From sequence record LC592711.1: a DNA stretch of 64,000 nt; one strand, 5' to 3'. How positions within the stretch are numbered: the first letter of the stretch is position 1; every line of letters starts with the position of its first letter. Below are positions 38,013 to 47,705 of this stretch, one piece after another. The position numbers and the translations under genes were made by a program. The notes under the pieces were generated by a model. It did not search any database, was not told the origin of the DNA, and worked only from the letters and a program-made list of their open reading frames with translations.

Positions 38013-38651
38013 TTAGCGACCGCCACCCATCATGGTGCGGACCATTTCCATCGTTGCTGCACCAGCGTTGCGTGCCAGAACGAAAGAGTTTGCAGGACGG
38101 CCGGGAGGAATGCGTACTTCGTCGTCATCCTTGTCGTATTCGAAACCGAACATCTGCGCTGCAGTCACGAGATCGTGCAGGCAGAATTCCTTCCATTCCG
38201 GTTCCATGTGATTGGCCAGTTTGGCATTTTCGATGTTTGAGACGAGGTCGACCGTATAGTCTTGGGCGCCGTTCGGCTTGGTTTCGTAGTACACGATATT
38301 CAAGCCGGGGAAAGCGACCACGATGTACAGCTTGCGGAAATTGAGCGGGTCCACCATGTAGATCGTCGAGCAAGGAGGAACTGGATTTCCTTCATCGTCG
38401 ATGAACATGGTGGAGTTGAACCGTCCATAATAAGCCGGTTCATTTCCCTGAAGCTTTTCCGTGAACTGGGCTGCGGATACTTCTGCTGCCGTATAATCGG
38501 CGCACAGACAACCTGCCGAGAAGACGTCCGACAGCTTGGCGGTTTGTTCGCCTTCCCGATTCATGAACATTTCCATGCGGGCAACAACCGACTTCGCGGT
38601 GACTGCATGGACAGGAATGATGTTGATTGCTTTAGCGAGTTGCTGATTCAT
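38013..38651 (-). CDS. hypothetical protein, paralog of 38716-39549
   Basis: Start placed at MNQQLA behind GAGGA; shares the F(I/V)D(D/E)xG...P..TI block. Confidence 0.75.
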   Translation of the reverse strand: MNQQLAKAINIIPVHAVTAKSVVARMEMFMNREGEQTAKLSDVFSAGCLCADYTAAEVSAAQFTEKLQGNEPAYYGRFNSTMFIDDEGNPVPPCSTIYMVDPLNFRKLYIVVAFPGLNIVYYETKPNGAQDYTVDLVSNIENAKLANHMEPEWKEFCLHDLVTAAQMFGFEYDKDDDEVRIPPGRPANSFVLARNAGAATMEMVRTMMGGGR

Positions 38652-38715
38652 TTTAATCCTCTCTGTTATAAAAAGAAAAAGGCCCCGAAGGACCTCTTGT
38701 ATTGCATGCTGCTGA

Positions 38716-39549
38716 TTACTTCGCGATGACTTCGACTTGCGTCGGAGCCAGCGGGATCTTGAAAGCTTCCTTTTCAGCATCCCAGGGAAGACCGAAGAAG
38801 TCTGCCATCTTCTTCCAGTCGCCCTTCACCTTTTCCCAGAAGGAACCGGCACCATCGTCTTCCTTGTTGTAGGAAAGCGAGAAGCGATCGTCGTCGCGAT
38901 GCTCGACGTGCGTAATGACTTGGTTCACGCCAGGCGACAGAACCTTGACCCACAGGTGAGCCTGGAAGTTCTTTTCGTGAACCGTGATCGTCTTGCCCGG
39001 CTGGATGAATTCACCAGCTTCGTCGACGAACACCATCTTCTTCAGGATGCTCGGGATATCCTGGCGATCCATGAAGCCACCCGACAGTGCAACGAACTTC
39101 ACATAGTCCGTCATCACCAGAGCGATCCCGAATGCATCGCGCATGCGGATCACGTCTTCGCCCTGAGCCTTGGCCAGATCGCTCAACCACTGAGCAGCTT
39201 GACCTTCCGGCAGCTTGCCGACCGTCATCGTCTTGAGGACGCGACCGTTGTTTTCCGAAACGGGTTCTTGCGGAACAGCGAGTTCTTGCTTATTCATCTT
39301 GTTCTCCAGAAGTTCATTACGGGCGTCTTGCAACAACATCCATGCATCGTTGTCCGAGACGTTCTTGGTAAGTTCAATCTTACCCTGATTCATGAGACCC
39401 GTCAACGTTTCAAGGATCTCTTCTTCAGTCGCCACAACTGCCTGACGCGCCACCTTATGCTTGATGGCTGCCAGCGTACAGCTGATTTCCTGACCTTCGT
39501 TGAAGAGGGTGTTGAGGATAGCGACTTGCAGGTTGATTGCGTTGTTCAT
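38716..39549 (-). CDS. hypothetical protein, paralog of 38013-38651
   Basis: 277 aa ORF with GGAGA RBS. Confidence 0.75.
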   Translation of the reverse strand: MNNAINLQVAILNTLFNEGQEISCTLAAIKHKVARQAVVATEEEILETLTGLMNQGKIELTKNVSDNDAWMLLQDARNELLENKMNKQELAVPQEPVSENNGRVLKTMTVGKLPEGQAAQWLSDLAKAQGEDVIRMRDAFGIALVMTDYVKFVALSGGFMDRQDIPSILKKMVFVDEAGEFIQPGKTITVHEKNFQAHLWVKVLSPGVNQVITHVEHRDDDRFSLSYNKEDDGAGSFWEKVKGDWKKMADFFGLPWDAEKEAFKIPLAPTQVEVIAK

Positions 39550-39622
39550 GTTTTTCTCCAGAGAAAAGAATTGTAGCGGAGCCGACCATTCGGCTCCATT
39601 GGGGGTTTTTTACTTCTACTGC

Positions 39623-39841
39623 TTAGTCTTGGCTTTCGCCCATGACCCATTTGTTGCACGACTTACGCGACGTATCAATCTTGTCGCCAGTCATGCAGTA
39701 CTTCTGAATCATTGCATTCTCGTGTTCCTTGAGGCTCAGTTCAACCGGACCACGGAACAGCGTGAACGACAGGAACCATGCGATGATGATTCCGAGAACC
39801 AGAAACGTTGCTACGTTGCCTGCATTCAGTTGCTTGTTCAT
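39623..39841 (-). CDS. small membrane protein
   Basis: 72 aa with one hydrophobic helix; GAGGA RBS. Confidence 0.65.
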   Translation of the reverse strand: MNKQLNAGNVATFLVLGIIIAWFLSFTLFRGPVELSLKEHENAMIQKYCMTGDKIDTSRKSCNKWVMGESQD

Positions 39842-39912
39842 CTGTTCCTCCTGGAACGTGTTGTCGATGGAATGAATTGTACTCCATTCCTAATCAGGGT
39901 CAAGCACTATTT

Positions 39913-40134
39913 TTAGATAGCTGCTTGGAAAGTCAGCGAGTTGATCTTGCCAGCGCGGAACAGAGCGCGTTCGATGCGCATCATGCGGCTGTCGATCTTC
40001 TTGCTGATTGCTTCGAAGCGACCGAGGTTATTCGTCTTGCGTGCTGCTTCCTTAGCTGCCTTAGCTGCTTCGAGCTTAGCGGCCAGCTTGTTAACGCGTG
40101 CATTGAAAGCGATTGCCTTGAGGATCTTGTTCAT
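39913..40134 (-). CDS. small basic Lys/Ala/Arg-rich early protein
   Basis: 73 aa from MNKILK behind AAGGAG; promoter motif at 40209-40224. Confidence 0.75.
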   Translation of the reverse strand: MNKILKAIAFNARVNKLAAKLEAAKAAKEAARKTNNLGRFEAISKKIDSRMMRIERALFRAGKINSLTFQAAI

Positions 40135-40208
40135 GTTGTTCTCCTTGGGTACTAAATTTTGGCCATACGGGAAAGGGTATTCAGGCTTCATTGCTGAATG
40201 TCACCCGA

Positions 40209-40224
40209 GTTATATATAGTTGAA
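40209..40224 (-). promoter_or_regulatory. putative early promoter (TTCAACTATATATAAC)
   Basis: Same motif, between the helicase terminator and the accessory operon. Confidence 0.6.
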
Positions 40225-40252
40225 AATCTTTGGAATGCGATTTTTTACAGCA

Positions 40253-40302
40253 AAAAAAGATAGCACTCTCCAGGGGCCGAAGCCCCTGGAGAGTATGCTA
40301 TA
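40253..40302 (-). terminator. intrinsic terminator after helicase
   Basis: Long stem, UUCG loop, T7; the stop codon lies in the 5' arm. Confidence 0.8.
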
Positions 40303-41908
40303 AACCTAATGTTGCGGTATGGTGCATTGTCGTGGAGATCAACGCCCTGTCTTTCAGCAAGTCTTTCTTGGACTTGTGATAGCTCATGTGTTTCGCAATG
40401 TTCATGCACACGAAGTACACAAACGTGGGAACACGATCCGAACCATAAAGCTTCTTAAGATCACGTAAGCGACCCAAAGCTTGCAGGTTAGACTGAATCG
40501 AATCGATAGCAACCGTCATGATCACTGTCGTCAGATTCGGGATATCGATAGCCGTGCCAGCCTTTTGCAAGGTAGCAAAGATGACGTCAGCGCCAAGCGC
40601 ATCAATCAACGAATCCCCCTGGTTGTATTTCGCCAACTTCAGTTCAGGCATCAACTGCTTGTAGTACATCATCGCATCTTCACACATCTTTCGAGTTGCA
40701 AAGTAGATAAGGCACTTCTCGCCATCCTTTCTTTCGAAGAAATACGTCTTACGCATCACATCGTAAATCATCAAGTAATACTGCTTGTACAACTTACTTG
40801 ATCGATGCAAAGACTTCTCGAACTCCACATGGGAATACGACGTTCTTCCCCTTGCAGTTGTTTTAAGACGGCGAGGTTCATGAATGTCGAACATCCATGC
40901 AACAGTCCGAGCGTACTTCCTGTACTCAGGCACCCGCATCCGGTTCTTATCCGGATACGCCATCTGGTACATGTCCATCAGAAACTGGTTACGATTCACC
41001 AGAGTAGCGGACAACGAAACGGACTGCTCGATATGTGTGTATAGATCGAACAGGAAGTTAGCATGAAAGTCCTGGTGCGTTTCGTCAATGATCCGGAAAC
41101 CAAAGCCGCACGCCTGCATGAACTCCCACGGGAAGATACGGAAGCCAGGAACGTATTCGCCGGGTGGCAACTTCTCCTGATCCGAAATCCAGTTACGCAT
41201 GGTGGCGTTTGAAATGAAGACGAATGTTGGCTCCAACCAACCGTCCATCAATCCATTGATCAACCAGATGAGTTTTTCTGATCCGCCTTTATTGTTCTCG
41301 CCGCCAATCAACAGGATCTGCGTAGGTGCGATGTCACATTGCTTCATGACATCATCACGCCACTTATCGAGATAGCCGGGTTTCATGAACCCAACAGTCC
41401 GATAGCCCCAGTGAGCGGCTGCGAAAATCGACATGGCTGACTTACCGCCGCCAGTCTGCATTCCCACCAATTTTGAAACGATCTCGGGATTTTTCAACTG
41501 CTCCACGATGTCAACTTGATCGGGGAACGGCTTAAAGAAATCCTTGATCTTAATCTCTACCTTTGCCGACTCGTAAATCGGTTCAGTTATATAAGTTACG
41601 TCCTCAGGTCTGGCGCCTGCTCGCTCCAGAATGTTCTTGAAGTCGGGCAAGCTGTTGATGTGAAAACGGTACTCCAGATCGGGATGATTCCAATCGTATT
41701 CGAGCGGAGGTTCGTTTATACTTGTTCTTGTCGGCGGGGAAGAGTAGGAATCTTTGAAGTCGAGATACCTCTCGCCTCCTGCTTCATCCCAGTCCCAATG
41801 CTCGAACCAGGATGCAAATTTTCCCACGATCTTTCGCGCCGCCGGTGACTCTTCGCCAAACTTCACTGCGTAGTGATGGCTAAAGATCCGGACGTTTAGC
41901 TTACTCAT
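40298..41908 (-). CDS. SF2 DExH helicase (phiKZ gp75-like)
   Basis: Motifs QTGGGKS, IIDETHQ, SLSAT, KAGTAIDIP, QALGRLR. Start uncertain (41908 or 41938). Confidence 0.9.
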   Translation of the reverse strand: MSKLNVRIFSHHYAVKFGEESPAARKIVGKFASWFEHWDWDEAGGERYLDFKDSYSSPPTRTSINEPPLEYDWNHPDLEYRFHINSLPDFKNILERAGARPEDVTYITEPIYESAKVEIKIKDFFKPFPDQVDIVEQLKNPEIVSKLVGMQTGGGKSAMSIFAAAHWGYRTVGFMKPGYLDKWRDDVMKQCDIAPTQILLIGGENNKGGSEKLIWLINGLMDGWLEPTFVFISNATMRNWISDQEKLPPGEYVPGFRIFPWEFMQACGFGFRIIDETHQDFHANFLFDLYTHIEQSVSLSATLVNRNQFLMDMYQMAYPDKNRMRVPEYRKYARTVAWMFDIHEPRRLKTTARGRTSYSHVEFEKSLHRSSKLYKQYYLMIYDVMRKTYFFERKDGEKCLIYFATRKMCEDAMMYYKQLMPELKLAKYNQGDSLIDALGADVIFATLQKAGTAIDIPNLTTVIMTVAIDSIQSNLQALGRLRDLKKLYGSDRVPTFVYFVCMNIAKHMSYHKSKKDLLKDRALISTTMHHTATLGL

Positions 41909-41977
41909 CGTGCAAAAAACCCCATAGGCATAGCTCAAAGGATTGGGCTACTGTATGTTTTATCGAGGTTCGATTAG

Positions 41978-42009
41978 AAAAAATAATGGAGAGACCGAAG
42001 TCTCTCCAT
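41978..42009 (-). terminator. intrinsic terminator
   Basis: 10-bp stem, UUCG loop, U-tract. Confidence 0.7.
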
Positions 42010-42016
42010 CACGCTT

Positions 42017-42826
42017 TTACTGCGGCAAGGTACGCTGACCAGACTTAGCGTAGCCGTTTGCATAGAACTGCTTCACGAACGCAAGCAAAACCGCATCACG
42101 CTTCATCGCTTCACGCAAAGACATCCATCCTTCATTCTGATAGACCCGTTGGATCTTCAGCTGGAAAGGTTGTGACTTGATGTACAGTGCGGTTTCGCCT
42201 GATGGATCGTTGTACTGAACCACATCCATCGGAGTACCGCCTAACGTCCAGGACACACGAATCGTGTTAATGTCCGGATAGTAATGCAGAGTCCGAGGCG
42301 TGTTATAGATTGTGCGGGGTTCCTGATCATCGTCATGGAAGCTGGTATAAACCGGCAACCGTTCGTACTGATAGTCGTTCTCCCTGAGCACCTCGTGGAT
42401 GTCACAACCACTGAGATGCTTGTACGCAGCCTGGATCAGGACAAGCGTGAAATCCGAGAAAGCTGTCACCGGATCAATCTTCTTTTCCTGACCACCCATG
42501 GGACGCATGAGGGGGCGATTGTACAAATGCGCCAGATAAACTTTGCGCATCCCTTCAGCCACTCTGACGATCGGACCGAAACCGATGTCTACCAGGTATT
42601 CTGGAATTTCCATACGACGAGTGTCGTTAACTTGCCCTACCTTAATTGGAACTTCGATGAACCGTGCGTCACTGCCGACTTTAAGGTTATCGAGGTTCTT
42701 TTTATAAGACAGGTAGAGCTTGTGTTTTCCCAACTCCAGCGCCGAAAGGATTACTCCTGACTCGCCATTGGGCATCGGGAAAACTTCAAACACCTGGCAC
42801 GTCATTGTTGCATTTTCCATCTTCAT
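42017..42826 (-). CDS. hypothetical protein
   Basis: 269 aa ORF between nvRNAP and helicase. Confidence 0.7.
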   Translation of the reverse strand: MKMENATMTCQVFEVFPMPNGESGVILSALELGKHKLYLSYKKNLDNLKVGSDARFIEVPIKVGQVNDTRRMEIPEYLVDIGFGPIVRVAEGMRKVYLAHLYNRPLMRPMGGQEKKIDPVTAFSDFTLVLIQAAYKHLSGCDIHEVLRENDYQYERLPVYTSFHDDDQEPRTIYNTPRTLHYYPDINTIRVSWTLGGTPMDVVQYNDPSGETALYIKSQPFQLKIQRVYQNEGWMSLREAMKRDAVLLAFVKQFYANGYAKSGQRTLPQ

Positions 42827-42913
42827 TTTTGAAACACTCCGTTACGGATTTACGCCCCCTAAAGCGGGAGCAAAGGGATAGCCGTTTTGACCCACGGCTG
42901 AGGGTTACGACAC

Positions 42914-44920
42914 TTACACTCTCGGAAGCAATTCCGGGTGAAGTATGGCGTCCATCGGATGATCGGGACGATTCTTGTTGATGAACGACTCAACCGAACT
43001 GAAGATGATCGTATGTTTTTCAAAGGCCATCGTCGCCGCGAGTGAACGCATTGCCATGGCTCTCGACATAACACCGATACCACGCTTACTCCACGGCTTG
43101 CTGAGTGCGTAGTTACCTTCCTTCGCAGAACGAACCGAAATCCCGTAAACCGCCACAGAGACCTGAGCCATGTTGATGGTCAGTTCACTATTGAGCAGTT
43201 CGTAGGTATCCAGCAGGAATTGATCCACGTCAGTAAACTGATCGCGAATCTCTTCACGTTTCACTTCCGACTCGATGTGGGATTTGAAACCCAACGAGAA
43301 GTCGATCAGCGAATCGTTCTTCATCGGCACGAACGCAAAGGGCTTGCGATAATCCCAGTTGCTCATGTCGATGACGAAGTTGTTCTTATCGTCAATCTCC
43401 CAATACTGCTCCTTCACATACTTCAGCATGTCATGACTGAACGACGCCATGCGTTTGCCGGTACCGAGGATGAACGGGCGACGATCCACATACTCGACCT
43501 TGCCCTTGTGTTCGATCTCCAGAGACATTGAGCCGATTTCCGTAATACGACCGATAGAAACACGATCGATGTCGGTGAGATACATCACGTCGGTCAACGA
43601 TTTTCCTTCGTCGTGACTGATGATCATCTTGTAATTCATGCCCTTCATGTTCTCTGTGAAGTAATACGAAATACCATCGCGACCAACTTCGAGGTACTGC
43701 GCATCTTCTTCATCGATTCTCAGCTTCTGCACCACGCTGTTAGCCAGGTAATGCTTCTTCGACAACTGACGCTGAATAATGAATGCGTACAGGTCGGTGG
43801 TCATCAACTGACCGAGGTTGGTACGTTTCGGAATCGTCAGGCTGATTGCACCCAGACAGCATTCGCATACGCCGTTCGGATCCGGATGCGCACAATGGTT
43901 AATGTTGCGCGCATGAATGATTTTCCCGATCAGATGCTCATCGGTACTTTTCAGTTCGTACAGCGTTTCCGTCGGATCTTCAGGCAGCGTATAATACACG
44001 CCTTCGTTCAATTCCAGATCGCTTGCGGTCAGATCGTTTTGCTCGCGAATCTTGAACGGAATGAAGCTCTTCGTACCACAGTCGCCAGGATGCACGTTCA
44101 TCAGGATTTCATTCAAGATTTCCTGACGCCGAGACTGATACACCGCATCTTCCAACTCGGCTTTGGTAGCTTCGATGGCCTGCGATGCCTTACGCGACTC
44201 GACCATGTTGTCATACAACGTACGATGGCCGTCGGTATAATTCGACATCAGCGGATACTTGAAGATCTCGCCGCCCAGATCCTCAATGTAACCAGTCGGC
44301 GCAATTGCCTGAACCAACTGGTTCGTCTTGATGACGCCCGCTCGCGCCATGCGGACCGCACGGTTGTTCATGATTTCGGGAATCGTCGATTTCGCAATCA
44401 ACTTCGTGATTCCCTGAGTCGTTCCCAACACCGACTCTTCCGTGGGTCGCATCTTTTCCAACAGATCGGCGATCTCGGGTACCTTGAACAACTTGATGAC
44501 ATCCTTGATGGACACGGTCGAAACCGACGTACCCATCTTGACTGCCAGCAGATTGTACATGACATTCCCATACTCGTAAAACTCTTTGGTGAGTTCTTCG
44601 AGCAGGTCATAGTCACCGAATCGTCCAGTCTTCTTGTACGCTTCGTAGATGTCCCAGTGGATGATATTCAACAAGTCCATGTGCATGTTCTTGTGGAACG
44701 TCTTCTTCGCCATCGAGTTGGAGATGTGATGACGCTTTTTCAACGGGATCGGACGCTTGCGAATCCAATCCCACATCGGCATCGTGAAGTTGGTTTCACG
44801 ATCGTTGGTGAGCAGCTGGCCGTCCTCGAACTCCAGATAAAACTCACCGGTCAGTACGTCGCTGAGTTCCCAATGAGAATACTTCAGCAAATCCTCGGCT
44901 GGAAAGATAATGTCTGACAC
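42914..44920 (-). CDS. non-virion RNA polymerase beta' subunit, C-terminal part (gp74-like)
   Basis: GDCGT and HCAHPDPNGVCECC zinc motifs; follows the beta C-half; GTG start with AAGGAAGG. Confidence 0.88.
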   Translation of the reverse strand: MSDIIFPAEDLLKYSHWELSDVLTGEFYLEFEDGQLLTNDRETNFTMPMWDWIRKRPIPLKKRHHISNSMAKKTFHKNMHMDLLNIIHWDIYEAYKKTGRFGDYDLLEELTKEFYEYGNVMYNLLAVKMGTSVSTVSIKDVIKLFKVPEIADLLEKMRPTEESVLGTTQGITKLIAKSTIPEIMNNRAVRMARAGVIKTNQLVQAIAPTGYIEDLGGEIFKYPLMSNYTDGHRTLYDNMVESRKASQAIEATKAELEDAVYQSRRQEILNEILMNVHPGDCGTKSFIPFKIREQNDLTASDLELNEGVYYTLPEDPTETLYELKSTDEHLIGKIIHARNINHCAHPDPNGVCECCLGAISLTIPKRTNLGQLMTTDLYAFIIQRQLSKKHYLANSVVQKLRIDEEDAQYLEVGRDGISYYFTENMKGMNYKMIISHDEGKSLTDVMYLTDIDRVSIGRITEIGSMSLEIEHKGKVEYVDRRPFILGTGKRMASFSHDMLKYVKEQYWEIDDKNNFVIDMSNWDYRKPFAFVPMKNDSLIDFSLGFKSHIESEVKREEIRDQFTDVDQFLLDTYELLNSELTINMAQVSVAVYGISVRSAKEGNYALSKPWSKRGIGVMSRAMAMRSLAATMAFEKHTIIFSSVESFINKNRPDHPMDAILHPELLPRV

Positions 44921-44933
44921 GAATTAACCTTCC

Positions 44934-47213
44934 TTATTTAAAAAGTTTTCTAATGAAACCGCTGGCCTTGCGAGCCATGTTCGCTGCCGAGCGTGCCATA
45001 CGTTGGAACGTGCTGGTCGCTTCGAACAGATACTCGCGCTTCTTGTCGATATAGGCGTCGCGGTGTTCGATGTCCGGATCCTTGTACTTCTGGAATACGA
45101 ACTTGTAGCCATTCATGTCCAGAATGTGCTTGAAGAGTTTGAGGGCCCGATTGTTGCCAAGCGGTACGTTGTTGCGATCCACACCACGTTCGATGTTGGT
45201 CGGCGTTTTCGAATCGAGAATCGAGTACACATACTCGCGGTGAGTAGCGAGAGAGTTGTTTCGATCCAGCAGATCGGCTGCCACCTGCCCACCACAATAC
45301 GACATGATGATCCGCAGTTCTGCTTCGGAGATTGCTTTGACTGCCTGCGTCTTGGCCGGATTGGAATACTTATCCGAACTCGTGACTTGCCCGAGGACAC
45401 CCAGATGCTGAACCTTGGCCGTATTGGTTGCGATCCAGTCGTCGGAAATCTTTTCGAGCAGCATGAAGTACTTGTGGCCCATCTCGATGTCTTCTTCGGT
45501 CCATACCCACTCGCCCGAATAATCGCGATACTCCACAGGTCCAACACGAGGCGGGAACTCCGCTTCACATGCTTCAACTGCCTGACGCCATGCGGTCATG
45601 TTGTGCGTCGGACTGAGAATGTGGATGCATGGGAACTTCATCAGCCATGACAAATGCAGTGCACGCTTTTCAACATCGTCGAATTGCGCACTCGTGTAAT
45701 GCTCGTGCATTGTCGGGCTGAGAATCTCATACAGCCTCATCAGGTCGCCCCAAACCTGGTCATACGCCTGCTGACGCTTAGGCATATCTTCCAGGACTTG
45801 CTTTTGGGTCGGCTGATCATCCGGTCCAAGCTCAATCGTGTCACGAACCGTCACCAGGAACTCACGAGTCACCTGATTGAAATACGGTTCATACAGGCCG
45901 CCGAAGTTTTGCCGGTTAAACGGCGACTCCGGAGACATGACCACTTCAGCGCGAACACCATACTGGTTACGCGGCATTTCGTTGTCAGGCAGAACGTGAC
46001 ACACAACGCCCTTGTCGCCTGCACAACCAGTTGCCTTGTTACCGATGTTCGGCAGAATGTTGTACTTGATCTTGAACTCGACACGCCAATCATCGATCGG
46101 TGCTTTGTGATACAGCTTTTGCACCACGTCGCCGATGTCGTAATCCGTCATCGCACATGCTTCGAGAACGAGGCGATGGAATTCGTCCGTCAGATGCATT
46201 TCGCCACGACGCTGACGATACTGCTCGTTGTAGACGTTCAGGATTTCTCGATAGAAGCGATCGGTCAGATCCTTGTAATACTCGACCTGATCATTCATGC
46301 CGTTAGGCAACGAACGATTGTCATGATAGACCATGATGTCGATGATTTCGCCATCGCCTGCGCGAGTATACAGCTTGTCATCGTAAGTCATGTCCAGCAT
46401 ACGGGTATCATGAATACCCATGCTGCACACCGCGAGTCGTTCATCAAACTCACGAGTGGCCATCAGCAGGCCGTCAGGACGAATGCGCTCACCTACGTCC
46501 TTGAAGATTTTATAACGCTTGCGCGGGTCTTCACTCCGCGGGTCGCCGAACATATTCAGGCCATAACGGTTTTGGCCCCAGCTAGCAGTACGAGTCTCAA
46601 TCATGTTGAAACTCATCTTCTTCAGTGCGGACTCCGAAATCAGAATACCGTCTTCAGATACTGCCGGGTGACTCATGTTGGCGAACATGAGATTCAGGCC
46701 ATAGCCGTAACCGCCACCATCTTTAATCGATGGCGATGTGAGGAATTCGGTCCCTTCCTCGAAACTTGCTCCTTTTGCAATGCGAGCCCAGTCGCTCGTT
46801 TTCTTATACTGGAAACCGAAGTACTGGTGTTCCAGCGAATAGTCTCGCAGATCCAGACAGCCGATCGGTCGGCCAGGATTTTTCAAATCGACATAGATCG
46901 CGATCCTTTGAGGATTCGTGATCGTGCTGCCGATAGTACGAGAGCGCGGAAACCGATCGATGACCGCAAGAATCTCGATATCGCTCGGTGCTTTAACTGA
47001 AAAACAATACTCCCCGAATCGTGCTTCAGTCCCTGTTTGCCAATAGCGCTCCTCCGAACCAGAGATGACAAGTGCTTGCGGCAAGTGCCCAGCGAACATC
47101 ACCTTCCGAGGACCACTGTTTACATCGACCCATGGATCCATGGAATTGTTTGAGAGAAACTCCGCGTGGAGCTCGCTTGGATGACGGGCTAATATTGTCA
47201 TTGATCCATCCAT
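44934..47213 (-). CDS. non-virion RNA polymerase beta subunit, C-terminal part (gp71-73-like)
   Basis: GNKATGCAGDKGVV (beta region H) and KAISEAELR (region I-like); uninterrupted. Confidence 0.92.
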   Translation of the reverse strand: MDGSMTILARHPSELHAEFLSNNSMDPWVDVNSGPRKVMFAGHLPQALVISGSEERYWQTGTEARFGEYCFSVKAPSDIEILAVIDRFPRSRTIGSTITNPQRIAIYVDLKNPGRPIGCLDLRDYSLEHQYFGFQYKKTSDWARIAKGASFEEGTEFLTSPSIKDGGGYGYGLNLMFANMSHPAVSEDGILISESALKKMSFNMIETRTASWGQNRYGLNMFGDPRSEDPRKRYKIFKDVGERIRPDGLLMATREFDERLAVCSMGIHDTRMLDMTYDDKLYTRAGDGEIIDIMVYHDNRSLPNGMNDQVEYYKDLTDRFYREILNVYNEQYRQRRGEMHLTDEFHRLVLEACAMTDYDIGDVVQKLYHKAPIDDWRVEFKIKYNILPNIGNKATGCAGDKGVVCHVLPDNEMPRNQYGVRAEVVMSPESPFNRQNFGGLYEPYFNQVTREFLVTVRDTIELGPDDQPTQKQVLEDMPKRQQAYDQVWGDLMRLYEILSPTMHEHYTSAQFDDVEKRALHLSWLMKFPCIHILSPTHNMTAWRQAVEACEAEFPPRVGPVEYRDYSGEWVWTEEDIEMGHKYFMLLEKISDDWIATNTAKVQHLGVLGQVTSSDKYSNPAKTQAVKAISEAELRIIMSYCGGQVAADLLDRNNSLATHREYVYSILDSKTPTNIERGVDRNNVPLGNNRALKLFKHILDMNGYKFVFQKYKDPDIEHRDAYIDKKREYLFEATSTFQRMARSAANMARKASGFIRKLFK

Positions 47214-47262
47214 TCTGTTTTGAAAGTTGAACTGTCGGGAACTTCTAGACAGTATCCAAGAT

Positions 47263-47278
47263 ATGATATATTTCTCTA
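47263..47278 (-). promoter_or_regulatory. putative early promoter upstream of nvRNAP beta
   Basis: AAATATATCAT. Confidence 0.5.
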
Positions 47279-47308
47279 ATATTTTATATAGGCCGTTAAA
47301 GGATTCCT

Positions 47309-47650
47309 ATGCCTGCCATTCTGGATAACATCGATAACCAAGGTCCGGCGATTTACTATTCCGAAACCTTCAGACAGATGATTGAGGATCACCTGACTGT
47401 TCTCAAAACGATGTCGACTACTCAAGTCCGCACCATCACCGATGATGACTGGGCGACGTTGTACAAATATGAAGGAGACTTCTACGGTCTTCTTGGCGCA
47501 TTGCAAGTTGACCGCAAGTATCACTGGACTGTGATGCGCATGAATGGTTTCCGTAGCCGATTTGAAGCTACGGATGACATCGCTCAACTGATGCTGCCTG
47601 ACTGGACGTATGTGGACAAGCTCGCACAACTGAGCAAAGAGAAGAAATAA
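47309..47650 (+). CDS. small hypothetical protein, LysM/T4 gp53-like pattern
   Basis: 113 aa; YEGDFYGLL...YHWTVMRMNG loosely resembles LysM-type wedge proteins; AAGGA RBS. Confidence 0.5.
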   Translation: MPAILDNIDNQGPAIYYSETFRQMIEDHLTVLKTMSTTQVRTITDDDWATLYKYEGDFYGLLGALQVDRKYHWTVMRMNGFRSRFEATDDIAQLMLPDWTYVDKLAQLSKEKK

Positions 47651-47661
47651 ACAAAAGAAAA

Positions 47662-47693
47662 TACTACTGGATCCCGCGAGGGATCCAGTAGTA
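47662..47693. terminator. bidirectional hairpin between convergent genes
   Basis: 14-bp perfect stem; U-tract on the minus side, CCTTATG on the plus side. Confidence 0.75.
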
Positions 47694-47705
47694 CCTTATG
47701 CCGTC

